64,000 bases of DNA from an uncultured Lentisphaerales bacterium. GTDB lineage: Bacteria; Verrucomicrobiota; Lentisphaeria; JABSQK01; UBA12247. The translations under genes and the position numbers were made by a program. Of this stretch, positions 30,121-39,206 are shown piece by piece (positions within the stretch are counted from its first letter, which is position 1; every line of letters starts with the position of its first letter). Below the pieces are notes generated by a model. The model was not told the DNA's origin, ran no database searches, and saw only the letters and a program-made list of their open reading frames with translations. The stretch covers positions 1 through 64,000 of the forward strand of contig CALSSJ010000017.1 in assembly GCA_943788985.1 (NCBI GenBank). The letters are read 5' to 3'.

Positions 30121-30849
30121 CTACTTCTTTGCGGACTTCGCAGCCTGTTTCAGCCGATCTGCTAGCTTGCTGTGCCCACTCTGACTGGCAAACCAGGCAG
30201 AAGTTTCGCCATCGACATCCACGGCGGTCGGATCTGCGCCCTCGGCGAGTAGCAGCTCGACTACTTCCGCTTGGCCCTCTGCCGCCGCGAACATCAATGG
30301 CGTCCAATTCTCGTGCCCATCGGCCAGATTCACATTTGCTCCGGCCGCCAGCAGGACTGAGACCGTATCGACGTAGGGGCCAGTTGCGGCAAACATCAGC
30401 GCAGTGCGATTGATCTGATCGCGGGCATCCACCACCGCCCCCGCGAGAATCAGGTGGTCAGCGACATAGGTGTGCCCATTGAACGCAGCCAGCATCAAGG
30501 CCGTACGATTGGTTTCATCCACTTGGTTTACCTCTGCGCCGCTCTCAATGGCCTTCTGCACCACCTCCATCACGCCGTCCAAAGCTGCCTGAAAGAATTC
30601 CTCCTGGCTGATCTTGGCAGCGGGCTTTGCCTTTTTTGCTCCGGGTAAGGGCTCAGCGCTCGCGGGATCCGGCTCTGGAGTTAGGTCCGGCGCTGGTTCT
30701 GCCGTCACGCTTTCGGGCGTTGCTGCCGTGGCAATCGGTCCTTGGGCTGCCGCAGACCCTGGTTCGGTTTTCTGTGCGCCACAGCCGACTGCAATCAACA
30801 GGGCAGTGAGGAAAAGTGCGTAGTGGATCAATTGAATACGAAGGTGCAT
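30121..30849 (-). CDS. Ankyrin repeat lipoprotein
   Basis: Lipobox LIAVGC; Pro/Ala-rich linker; repeats TALMLAAFNGH, TALMFAATG, TPLMFAAAEGQ. Confidence 0.9.
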   Translation of the reverse strand: MHLRIQLIHYALFLTALLIAVGCGAQKTEPGSAAAQGPIATAATPESVTAEPAPDLTPEPDPASAEPLPGAKKAKPAAKISQEEFFQAALDGVMEVVQKAIESGAEVNQVDETNRTALMLAAFNGHTYVADHLILAGAVVDARDQINRTALMFAATGPYVDTVSVLLAAGANVNLADGHENWTPLMFAAAEGQAEVVELLLAEGADPTAVDVDGETSAWFASQSGHSKLADRLKQAAKSAKK

Positions 30850-31204
30850 ACAAGGCCGAGAGGAGTCAGAGAGAAGTAAACCGCCACTGTACGCGCCTCA
30901 TCGGAGACCACAACCCGTTGGCATGGCATCCAAAGGTTTGTGGCCAGACATACGAGCACGGTGACTCGTCCTACCTGACAATGACGCTAATCTAGGGGGT
31001 ATTTGTAGGATTGGAGGTTGAGGACGCGGGGCGGAGCCCCAACGCTACTTCTTGGGGGATATCACGCAGCGGGAAGTGCAGAAGGCCGTGCTTCTCCGAA
31101 CCACACAGAATCTGCTCCACTACGGTACATACCGCTGCCTACTCGAGTCTTTTTTAAATGCAAAAGGTGGACTTAAGTCAGTGCCATAGCGTCCTATCTG
31201 AAGC

Positions 31205-31700
31205 TCAGGGCATTACGTTGAAACTGAGAGGAGCATCGCCGGTAAAGAAGTAGAACAAAGCGCTGATCACGGCCGGGACTAGCGCGCCGAGCAGGTCCCC
31301 GGCGATCAGTTCGATCATGACGGGCTTCACGCGTTGCACTGTCACCGCTCCGCCAACGTCCGTGATCGAGGCCTTACTCAGCGAGCCAACAAAAAAGGAA
31401 AACGCCAGTTTACCACAGTGCCACGAGGACCGGAACAGCAGGACGGCGGGATTGATGGACCAGCCCGGTATCCGAATACAGCCGATGTAGGCACTGATCA
31501 CGAGGATGGCCCCAACGGCGGCGCTGGATAAGAATACAGAATCAGGCTGGGCAGCTGCGATCCGTTGCCAAGCGCTAAGTCCATCGGACTCAAGGAGCCT
31601 TCCCTGAGGCACCAGCCGCTGGGCAATGGCTGTCGAATTATCGAATGGATAGCTAGCCACGATTTTGGTAAGCCACCAGCCAGCGAGCATGTCCGTGCCA
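31205..31700 (-). pseudogene. Orphan C-terminal fragment of a DUF6785/DUF6784-type membrane protein
   Basis: IPGWSINPAVLL...FSFFVGSLSKASIT.VGG.....VKPVMI.LIAGD, a decayed W-P-x-H-P / GW.IK..GG pattern; no N-terminal part present. Confidence 0.55.
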
Positions 31701-32075
31701 TGCTTGTCCTGAATCGTCAGCATGGCCCCATGACCGATCGATTGAAGCCGGTCACGCAGCACAGGAACACAGAGCCCCAACGCCCAATCAATAAGGCGCG
31801 CAAAGTCACAATCGAATCACCGGCGGTATGCTGCGAATGCTGCTCGGCAGCATATAGAAGGCGATAGCCGAGACGGTGGGACTCCCTTCGAAGATTCGGA
31901 TTGCGTGGGCGGCATGGTAGCGTCTTCCCGATGAGTAGCAAGGCTCGCAACACGACGGCACAGGGCCTCCGGATCGTACGAATCGTCTCCGTGCGCACCG
32001 CTCTCACAAAGATCTCGCTTCAGCTATTGCCCCGCACGCAGCCAGATCAATCTTGCAGAATTCCTGCGCGGGGAC

Positions 32076-35000
32076 CTACCGCTTGAGCACCCACTGGGAG
32101 CTAGCCCTGCCGTCCACGGGCAGATTAAAGACCATTCTATACGTACCGGACGCAGCATCAAAATCCGTCTGCCAGAAGTCATTGCCCTGCACCGCCTGGT
32201 CAAGCCGAACCTCGACACCAGCCGTCACGTCGTAAATGCCGTACCCTTCAGGCGAAGCGAGCCCCTCAAAGCGGATTGGGATGAATCCCAAACCGCCCTT
32301 GATGGTGACCGTGACCTGCGATTGCTCGGCGGCGATCACGATGGGCAAATCCTGGAGGAGCGTCCCCCCCTCAACGACAACCTTGGGGCTATTGCCCGTG
32401 ACTTCGCGGTAGGTCGTCTTCCAAGAGTTCGGGTTCTCGGCGAGATGCTGGCGATAGCCTTCGTTAAGGCCCGCATAGTGTTCTACGCTCGGAGCAAGAT
32501 GGAGCCAGTCCGCGTCGAATGTTACCCGGTCACCGGCTTGGTAGCTCTCAACGTCAGGCGGCGGCACAATCCGCGCATCGATGAGTTGGTTCCCCTCCTT
32601 TGTCCCACTACTGCGCACTTCCAGAAAGGGATTGGTAACAGCCTTCCCTCCAAAGGTGGCGCCAAAATCGCGAATAACCATGCTGATATATCCGGAATGC
32701 TTTCCTGCGACATAGGGCGAACTGACCCACCACGGCCCGGGCCCGGGCAGCTCAACAGCGGGCAACAGGACTTCATTCGCCGCCGAGGCGCCTTTAACCG
32801 TGAACGTGTCGAGCAGCCCTTCCGCGTTCCCGAAGAAGACATGCCCGTCGAGCTTCTGCTTAAGGTCAAGACTGTAGCGTTTGCTCATGAGCGAAGTATT
32901 GGCAGTAGGCAGTGGCTTCTGGAAGGCGTAGCTGAGTTGTTGGAAAGTGCGGCCATAGTCGTTTGTGCGGGCGAATTGAATCCGTGCGTCTAACAGCGCA
33001 TCGCGTCCAGAGCCATAGGCGCCGACATAGCGCACGTCCGACAGGCATGGGCCATGCGCCAGGTACGCGGTCTTCATCCCAGCAGCGGCAAGTTTGCGGT
33101 CGCCAAGATCATAGATGCTCAGCCAGTCACCGCCCCAGACCGCGTCGGTCCAAGTCCAAGGAGCGCCATCTTTGCCCTTTTGGGTGAGGGGCGCACGCAC
33201 ATCGCAGATTAGCACATCGGTCAGGCTCATATCCACATCGTAGGTGATCGCCTCCCCACCACAAGCCAGCGCCAACTGGTCCCAGCGCTGGTTGCCGCCG
33301 TAGCCGATCAGACAAAGCTGGGCATGGCTGGCAGATGGCAAGGTTCCGTAGAAGCCGTACGGGATTCGTAGCCGATAGCGGTTTGCCCCGGGCTGCGCCG
33401 GGATCATGGCAAACGCCCGGAGATAGGACCCCATAGCCCGGTGGTGCCAATTTTTGCTCAGTTGTACGTGAATTCCCGTTGGCGTGCCGTCGTCATTGCA
33501 GAGGATCGGGACCAGGCCAGTAATGTTTGCGATTCCGCGCAGATCAAGCAAGAACGGGATCGTCGCGGCCGTCTCGCCGTTGTAGTCGAAGGCAATGCCG
33601 AATTCATCGTAATCGGTAATCTTGACGTAGCCCTCTTCGAACGTCCGCTCTAGCCCTTCGACAGTGGCGACATGGCCGCCGAACTCCGGCTGATAATTGA
33701 TCGGAAAACTTTGGCCACTGACGTACGTCACAGCCCCGGATACCTTATCAACCGCTGGTTCACTGGCCCCCATTGGACAATGCAGTATCAGACTCCGGGC
33801 TTCATTGAGTGCCCAAGCCGCCCCCTCTGCCTTGGTCTCCCAGTTCCCGGCCGCGCCTTTCAGCGCCAGACGAAACGTGGGATTAGCCCAGCCATGAGGA
33901 ATGTCTTCCGCCGACATCACCCCAAAATTCTCTTCGAACCCAAGCCCCTCACGATTCGGAATTTCTCGCGGGTTCTCGTGATGCGCGAGGATCTCCTCTG
34001 CCGACAGGGCACGATTCCAAATCCGGACCTCATCGTATATCCCCTTTAGTGGCGTGGGCATGTGACTCACGCCATCCGGACGGGTTCCAATACGTAGCGC
34101 GCCAGTGCCTTTAACCCGCTTGCGGCCGACCTGCGTCTCGCCCTGCAAAATGCCATTCATGTAGAACCGCATCATGTCCCCATCGTAGGTGCCCACCAGA
34201 TGCTTCCAGGCGCCAGGTGCGTCGCCTTCTCGGCTCTTGTGCCCCGTCACCCGCGCCTGATTATCCCGGCCCTTGCCAATATTCATGACGAAGTTAATCT
34301 CGAACGGTGAGTAAATGAAGCCGAAGCAACCCTCCTCCCATTCATTTTCGTTCTTGCCGATTACCCATTGATGGATCGTTTGATCGGCGAATTGCGTGGG
34401 TTCGTGAAGCCACATCTCCAACGTGAAGGTCTCGCTTTCCATGCCGTCCTGGTGCGGAAAAGTCACGTCCTGATCCATGATCATGTGTGCGGCACCGCTG
34501 ACGCCATGGCCAACGCGACCGTCGGCGAATTCTACGATGGGGGTAACCTTGGCCGTCAGAGTTAGCGAGTCTGGCCAGGCGACCAGCTTGAGTTCCCCGC
34601 TACAGGTCAATAACTCCCCAGCGTCATTTCGCAGCGCCAGCCTTCTCAGGTCAAAGTGCTGGGCAACCTGGCCCGACTCCCACATCCAGGCCTGCTTCAA
34701 ATCGGCAGTCTTAGCGCGATAAGGGACCCCATCGACAGTCACTTCCACGAGCAGCGACGCGGGCTCCAGCTTCGCCAAGCGGCTATCCCGAGCCACTGCG
34801 GCAGACTCGAAATCAACACCGTCAGTAAGAAGGCCAAAACGAGCGTGCTCCAACTTATCCAGATCCACAGTCAGGCCGTAGCCCTGGGCCTCGATAGCCA
34901 GGACCGGCGGCGTCGTGTCACCTTCCAGGCGCTTCCAGCCATTCAGCCAGTAGCCATACGTAAAACCGTCACGATCCATGCCATCCGCTTCCGAGTTTCC

Positions 35001-35078
35001 AGTAGGCCGCAAAGTGGTGCAGCCAGCGATCAGGATGACTAGCGCCAGGCCCGTTAGAATAGGGATTCGTCGTTTCAT
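32076..35078 (-). CDS. LamG-domain-containing lipoprotein (1000 aa), function unknown
   Basis: Lipobox LIAGC; LamG motifs FTLEMW, WKHLVGTYDG..MRFYMNG, G.YDEVRIWNRALS; large uncharacterised flanks. Confidence 0.85.
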   Translation of the reverse strand: MKRRIPILTGLALVILIAGCTTLRPTGNSEADGMDRDGFTYGYWLNGWKRLEGDTTPPVLAIEAQGYGLTVDLDKLEHARFGLLTDGVDFESAAVARDSRLAKLEPASLLVEVTVDGVPYRAKTADLKQAWMWESGQVAQHFDLRRLALRNDAGELLTCSGELKLVAWPDSLTLTAKVTPIVEFADGRVGHGVSGAAHMIMDQDVTFPHQDGMESETFTLEMWLHEPTQFADQTIHQWVIGKNENEWEEGCFGFIYSPFEINFVMNIGKGRDNQARVTGHKSREGDAPGAWKHLVGTYDGDMMRFYMNGILQGETQVGRKRVKGTGALRIGTRPDGVSHMPTPLKGIYDEVRIWNRALSAEEILAHHENPREIPNREGLGFEENFGVMSAEDIPHGWANPTFRLALKGAAGNWETKAEGAAWALNEARSLILHCPMGASEPAVDKVSGAVTYVSGQSFPINYQPEFGGHVATVEGLERTFEEGYVKITDYDEFGIAFDYNGETAATIPFLLDLRGIANITGLVPILCNDDGTPTGIHVQLSKNWHHRAMGSYLRAFAMIPAQPGANRYRLRIPYGFYGTLPSASHAQLCLIGYGGNQRWDQLALACGGEAITYDVDMSLTDVLICDVRAPLTQKGKDGAPWTWTDAVWGGDWLSIYDLGDRKLAAAGMKTAYLAHGPCLSDVRYVGAYGSGRDALLDARIQFARTNDYGRTFQQLSYAFQKPLPTANTSLMSKRYSLDLKQKLDGHVFFGNAEGLLDTFTVKGASAANEVLLPAVELPGPGPWWVSSPYVAGKHSGYISMVIRDFGATFGGKAVTNPFLEVRSSGTKEGNQLIDARIVPPPDVESYQAGDRVTFDADWLHLAPSVEHYAGLNEGYRQHLAENPNSWKTTYREVTGNSPKVVVEGGTLLQDLPIVIAAEQSQVTVTIKGGLGFIPIRFEGLASPEGYGIYDVTAGVEVRLDQAVQGNDFWQTDFDAASGTYRMVFNLPVDGRASSQWVLKR

Positions 35079-35218
35079 TTACAAAGTTTCTCAAGTGTCG
35101 TCCGGCCGTTAAAAGTGTCCAAATGGGATAAACCGGGATTGCCATCGACTAACTGCTGACCGCACAAATCGCCCAAATAAAACCGCTGCGTCATGCCCCC
35201 TTTGAAAGGCTACTTCGA

Positions 35219-36649
35219 TTATCCTTCAGCCGATCCCAGAACATCCTCCGCGATCTCTGCACAGCCACCAGCCTGTGGCCAGGGATAAGTCCGGAAGCCC
35301 TCTTGGTCGCTCTTGCCCCAACTCGGCAGACTCCGTGCCCAAGCAATCAACTCTGCGGCCAAATCTGCGACGATCTCAGGCTCGTAACGCGAGCAGTCCG
35401 CAGTCTCGCTGGGATCCCGCGAGAGGTCAAAGAGCTCGGACTTACTCCCGCTCGCGTTCATCATTAGCTTCCAATTCCCCTTGCGCATGGCATAGCGCAG
35501 ACTGAACTGAATATGCCGCCCCCAAGAGCCGAAGCGAAACTCCCAAAACAGCGCGCCATCTCTCTGCACCGAGTTTCCTAGAAACGCCTCGCTCATATCC
35601 TGGCCATCCAGCCCTGGCGGCGGCTCAATCCCAGCCATGCTACAGAACGTCGGCAGCAGATCCGTAGCGCTCATGATCGTATCATTATCGACCACATCCT
35701 TCGGAGTCCTTCCCGGCCACCGAGCGATGAACGGCATCCGAACGCCTCCTTCATAAAGACTGGCCTTGATCCCACGAAACGGGCCAGTGCGCCCAGCACC
35801 GCTGTTTGAGGTCCCGGTATCCCAGACCGGCGCCGGGCCATTGTCGCTGGTGAACACGATCACCGTATTGTCTGCCAGTCCCAAGTCATCCAGCCCATCC
35901 AGCAACCGTCCGATCTGGCGGTCCAAATTAGCAATCGCCGAGTAATACACGCACATCGCGCCGGAGTCCTTGTCCGAATCGCCACGAAACGGCGTCAGCT
36001 CCCGAAACTCCTCCATCTGCTCCGGCGATGGATCTAGCACACCATGCGGATCCATAAACCAGACATTCAGCAAGAACGGCTTTGTTGCGTTCCGCCCCTC
36101 GAGAAACTCAAGCGAGCGATTGACGATTGCTTCGGAGGACGTGTGCTGCGCTTGGACTTCGCCCTGATCGGTCCGCCAAAGCGGCTCACCTCGCATCGCG
36201 TTACAGGCCCAATTGTCGAAGCCATAGTCGCCAGCATCGGGTGCATCGGGATTGTTCTTGGCATTCCAAGCACCGCTCATGTGCCACTTACCAAAGTGCG
36301 CCGTCTCATAGCCAGCATCGCTCAACACCGATGCCAGATTGGGCGCTGTTGGCTCCAGCAAATTCTTCTGGCCAATGGCTTGATCCTCTGCTGCTTGGCC
36401 GTGAATCGCAAAATCGATGCCGTGGCGCGCCGGATACTGTCCGGTCATAAAGCCCACCCGCGAAGGCGAACAGACCGGAGAATTCACGTAGAAGTTAGTT
36501 ACCCGAACCCCCTCACTAGCCAGCTTATCCAGCACGGGCGTCTGGATCTTATACCGCCCGAAGCAGGCGGAGTGCCCGAAGCACCCCAAGTCTTCCCAGC
36601 CCTGGTCATCCGTGAGTATAAATACAAAATTCGGTCTTTTCTGCGCCAT
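35219..36649 (-). CDS. Formylglycine-dependent sulfatase (S1), no signal peptide
   Basis: RPNFVFILTDDQG, VCSPSRVGFMTG, GKWH, SDNG, K.SLYEGGVRMP. Confidence 0.93.
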   Translation of the reverse strand: MAQKRPNFVFILTDDQGWEDLGCFGHSACFGRYKIQTPVLDKLASEGVRVTNFYVNSPVCSPSRVGFMTGQYPARHGIDFAIHGQAAEDQAIGQKNLLEPTAPNLASVLSDAGYETAHFGKWHMSGAWNAKNNPDAPDAGDYGFDNWACNAMRGEPLWRTDQGEVQAQHTSSEAIVNRSLEFLEGRNATKPFLLNVWFMDPHGVLDPSPEQMEEFRELTPFRGDSDKDSGAMCVYYSAIANLDRQIGRLLDGLDDLGLADNTVIVFTSDNGPAPVWDTGTSNSGAGRTGPFRGIKASLYEGGVRMPFIARWPGRTPKDVVDNDTIMSATDLLPTFCSMAGIEPPPGLDGQDMSEAFLGNSVQRDGALFWEFRFGSWGRHIQFSLRYAMRKGNWKLMMNASGSKSELFDLSRDPSETADCSRYEPEIVADLAAELIAWARSLPSWGKSDQEGFRTYPWPQAGGCAEIAEDVLGSAEG

Positions 36650-36865
36650 GGTACAACTCCTTCTGGCAAGCGGGGTGTTAGCATTAGCTCTACACTAACG
36701 CGAACTTCGACCTTTCTCTCGCAAGTTGTACTGAACTCCTAAAAAGGACACCCTTATCGCCCAGGAGTCAACCTCTATCGGAGTCCCACATAGTTTCGGT
36801 GACGTTGGCCACGGTAGCGAGGCTGCCGTCAGAGCAAGTGAGGGTGTCATAGAACTTCGGGGCCT

Positions 36866-37093
36866 CCACATGGCCATCGCCAAACAGATAGTTTGCCGAT
36901 AGTCCATGCACCCAATATCCGTCGAACTGCAAGTCCTCTAACCGATCCGCGCGATGATGGTCCTGCCAGCTGTTGCCCAGCAGATTGCCAGCGACGGCAG
37001 CAATAGCGCTGCAAGGATTGCAATGATCGTGATGACAACGAAAAGCGCGATGAGCGTAAACTTGTGCCGAGAATGCCGCCGAGCGGTTTTCAT
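36866..37093 (-). pseudogene. Decayed prepilin-type N-terminal methylation gene fragment
   Basis: KFTLIALFVVITIIAILAALLLPSL (conserved E5 lost), stop, then RQTICLAMAMW, a degenerate KQIGLAM.MY. Confidence 0.65.
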
Positions 37094-37449
37094 GCGATGG
37101 GTCTCCTCACTGACCACCGTCTCCACAGTTCAAGCTGGCCAATACAATCTCCTTTATCCCTGGCTTGGGGAAGGCTGCAATTCAGCAAAGACTAGATGAG
37201 TTTCCCGCATTGATTCAAGCCGTTGCAGCGAATAGGTTGCTGCCCATCTCCCCTGCCAAAATCCCAATATTCGGAAACAGCTGACAGATTATTAAAGCAC
37301 ATGCCTTCTGGCAAGCAGGTCTCACGGTATATGAATCTGCAAATGCGCACCTGCAAAGAACAACCTTGATCGAGTGGGAATCCATAGTAACGTCAACTGC
37401 GAGCAGGCAGCAATAGGTATGCCCCCAACGGCAACGAAGGAGTTTCCGC

Positions 37450-38019
37450 GTGACGATCTCAGAAACACCTAGAATCAGTCGACTGGATTTTACGCGAGCT
37501 GCCAGCGGGGGAACTGTCGCCACTGCCCTCTGCATCATACTTCTCCTTCTACTTACGTCCTGCGCGACTACAGGAGATCGCAATCCGGGACTAGAAGTCA
37601 GCGTCGAACACATTTCCGCCCCCGAGATTCAATTGTTCGCAAGTCGGGCAACGGTCAGAATCAGAATCGACAACGAAACAGCTGAGCCGGTCACACTTTC
37701 CGGTGGCGTCCATCACATTCGCATCAACGAGCGCCGAATCGGCAAAGCAATGGACAACGCAAACACCGTGATCCAGCCGTTTTCCTCAGTCACTCGACAA
37801 CTTCCCCTGACCCTTAGCAATCTTGGTCTGATTCGCAGCACCCGTGCAACGATCGACCACAAAGAGGTCACCTACCGACTCGACAGCCAGCTCTCGATCA
37901 AGTCGTCGTCTGGTTTCAGAAAGTGCTCCCTGCGCCGCGAAGGCGAAGTCTCGCTGGATGAACTGATTCCAGCCCAGTCAACCGCACCCGGCTTAACACC
38001 GGTACTGATCACGCCTTAG
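37450..38019 (+). CDS. LEA_2/WHy domain lipoprotein
   Basis: Lipobox LLTSC; EVSV..I.......F.....VRIRIDN...PVTLSG....I.IN...IGK. Confidence 0.75.
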   Translation: MTISETPRISRLDFTRAASGGTVATALCIILLLLLTSCATTGDRNPGLEVSVEHISAPEIQLFASRATVRIRIDNETAEPVTLSGGVHHIRINERRIGKAMDNANTVIQPFSSVTRQLPLTLSNLGLIRSTRATIDHKEVTYRLDSQLSIKSSSGFRKCSLRREGEVSLDELIPAQSTAPGLTPVLITP

Positions 38020-38160
38020 CCACGCTGGGAGCCTTCTTGGTAGGCGCACCCGTCTGCTCACTGGCGGTGGTCGGGGGCGGTATCCGTTTCCGGTGGTCCG
38101 AGTATCCGAAAATCCTCTAATGGGTGGGGCGTTCTGCAGAATCCGCGTAGGTGAGAGCTG

Positions 38161-38176
38161 TGGCATGAATTCTGCA
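38161..38176 (+). promoter_or_regulatory. Putative sigma54 (-24/-12) promoter upstream of rnfB
   Basis: TGGCATGAATTCTGCA: GG-N10-GC spacing exact; about 90 nt before the rnfB start. Confidence 0.6.
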
Positions 38177-38268
38177 TGGGGATGGCATGAGACCATCTAT
38201 TGACATGAAAGGCGCGGCCGACCTGAGCGCCCCGTACGGCCAGTCAAACTGGCAAGTTGCCTGAACTC

Positions 38269-39186
38269 ATGCTGGACCTCGCAACATTCGTTGGCAGCGC
38301 GGTTCTCTTCATGGGAGCACTTGGCGCGGCACTTGCTGCGGTTCTTGCAATTGCCAACAAGAAGCTGCATGTGGCGGACGATCCCCGCATCGAACAGGTC
38401 GATGAGTTGCTACCGCAAACCAACTGCGGCGCCTGTGGCAGCCCCGGTTGCCGCGCATTCGCCGAAGCCTGCGTCGATGGGGAGAAGAATCCCGGCCAGT
38501 GCACAGTCAACAGCAAAGACATGGCGGCTTTCATTGCGGAGATACTGGGCGTGGAACTCGGTCAGCAGGAGCGTCAAGTGGCCCGTCTGGCGTGTGCTGG
38601 AGGCAATCACGTCTCGCGCATGCGTGCCCGTTACAAGGGAGTTGAGAGCTGTCGCGCAGCGGTCGTCACCGGCGGTGGCGGAAAGTCCTGCGCCTGGGGC
38701 TGTTTAGGATTGGGAGATTGCGAGCGATCATGCGACTTCGGTGCCATCTATATGGATGAGCACGGACTGCCGGTCGTGATCGAGGAGAAATGCGTCGCCT
38801 GCAACGACTGCATCCTCGCCTGTCCGCTCCACCTTTTTTCACTGCAACCGGTCAGCCGCAAATTATGGGTCGCCTGCAAGAGCCTGGCGGAAGGTGACGA
38901 TGCCCTCGCCGACTGTGAAGTTGCCTGCACCGGATGCGCACGCTGCGTCGCCGATGCACCGGAAGGGCTGATCAGTATCCGGGAAAACCTGGCCGTCATT
39001 GATTATACGAGAAACCAAATGGCCACACCACTGCCGACGCAGCGTTGCCCAACGGGCGCGATCGTCTGGCAGGAAAAGCAGAAAGTTGTTAAAGGGATGG
39101 CAGCAAAGCGCATCATCCGCAACGATCCCCTGCCCCTTGACGCCGACCAGCTTCAGTCACGCAACCAGCGATCTTACTCCGCATGA
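38269..39186 (+). CDS. rnfB: Rnf complex subunit B
   Basis: N-terminal TM; LPQTNCGACGSPGC..FA; CLGLGDC...CDF; CVACNDC...CP; CTGCARC. Confidence 0.92.
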   Translation: MLDLATFVGSAVLFMGALGAALAAVLAIANKKLHVADDPRIEQVDELLPQTNCGACGSPGCRAFAEACVDGEKNPGQCTVNSKDMAAFIAEILGVELGQQERQVARLACAGGNHVSRMRARYKGVESCRAAVVTGGGGKSCAWGCLGLGDCERSCDFGAIYMDEHGLPVVIEEKCVACNDCILACPLHLFSLQPVSRKLWVACKSLAEGDDALADCEVACTGCARCVADAPEGLISIRENLAVIDYTRNQMATPLPTQRCPTGAIVWQEKQKVVKGMAAKRIIRNDPLPLDADQLQSRNQRSYSA

Positions 39187-39206
39187 GCCCAAAGGAGAGA
39201 GCCCAA

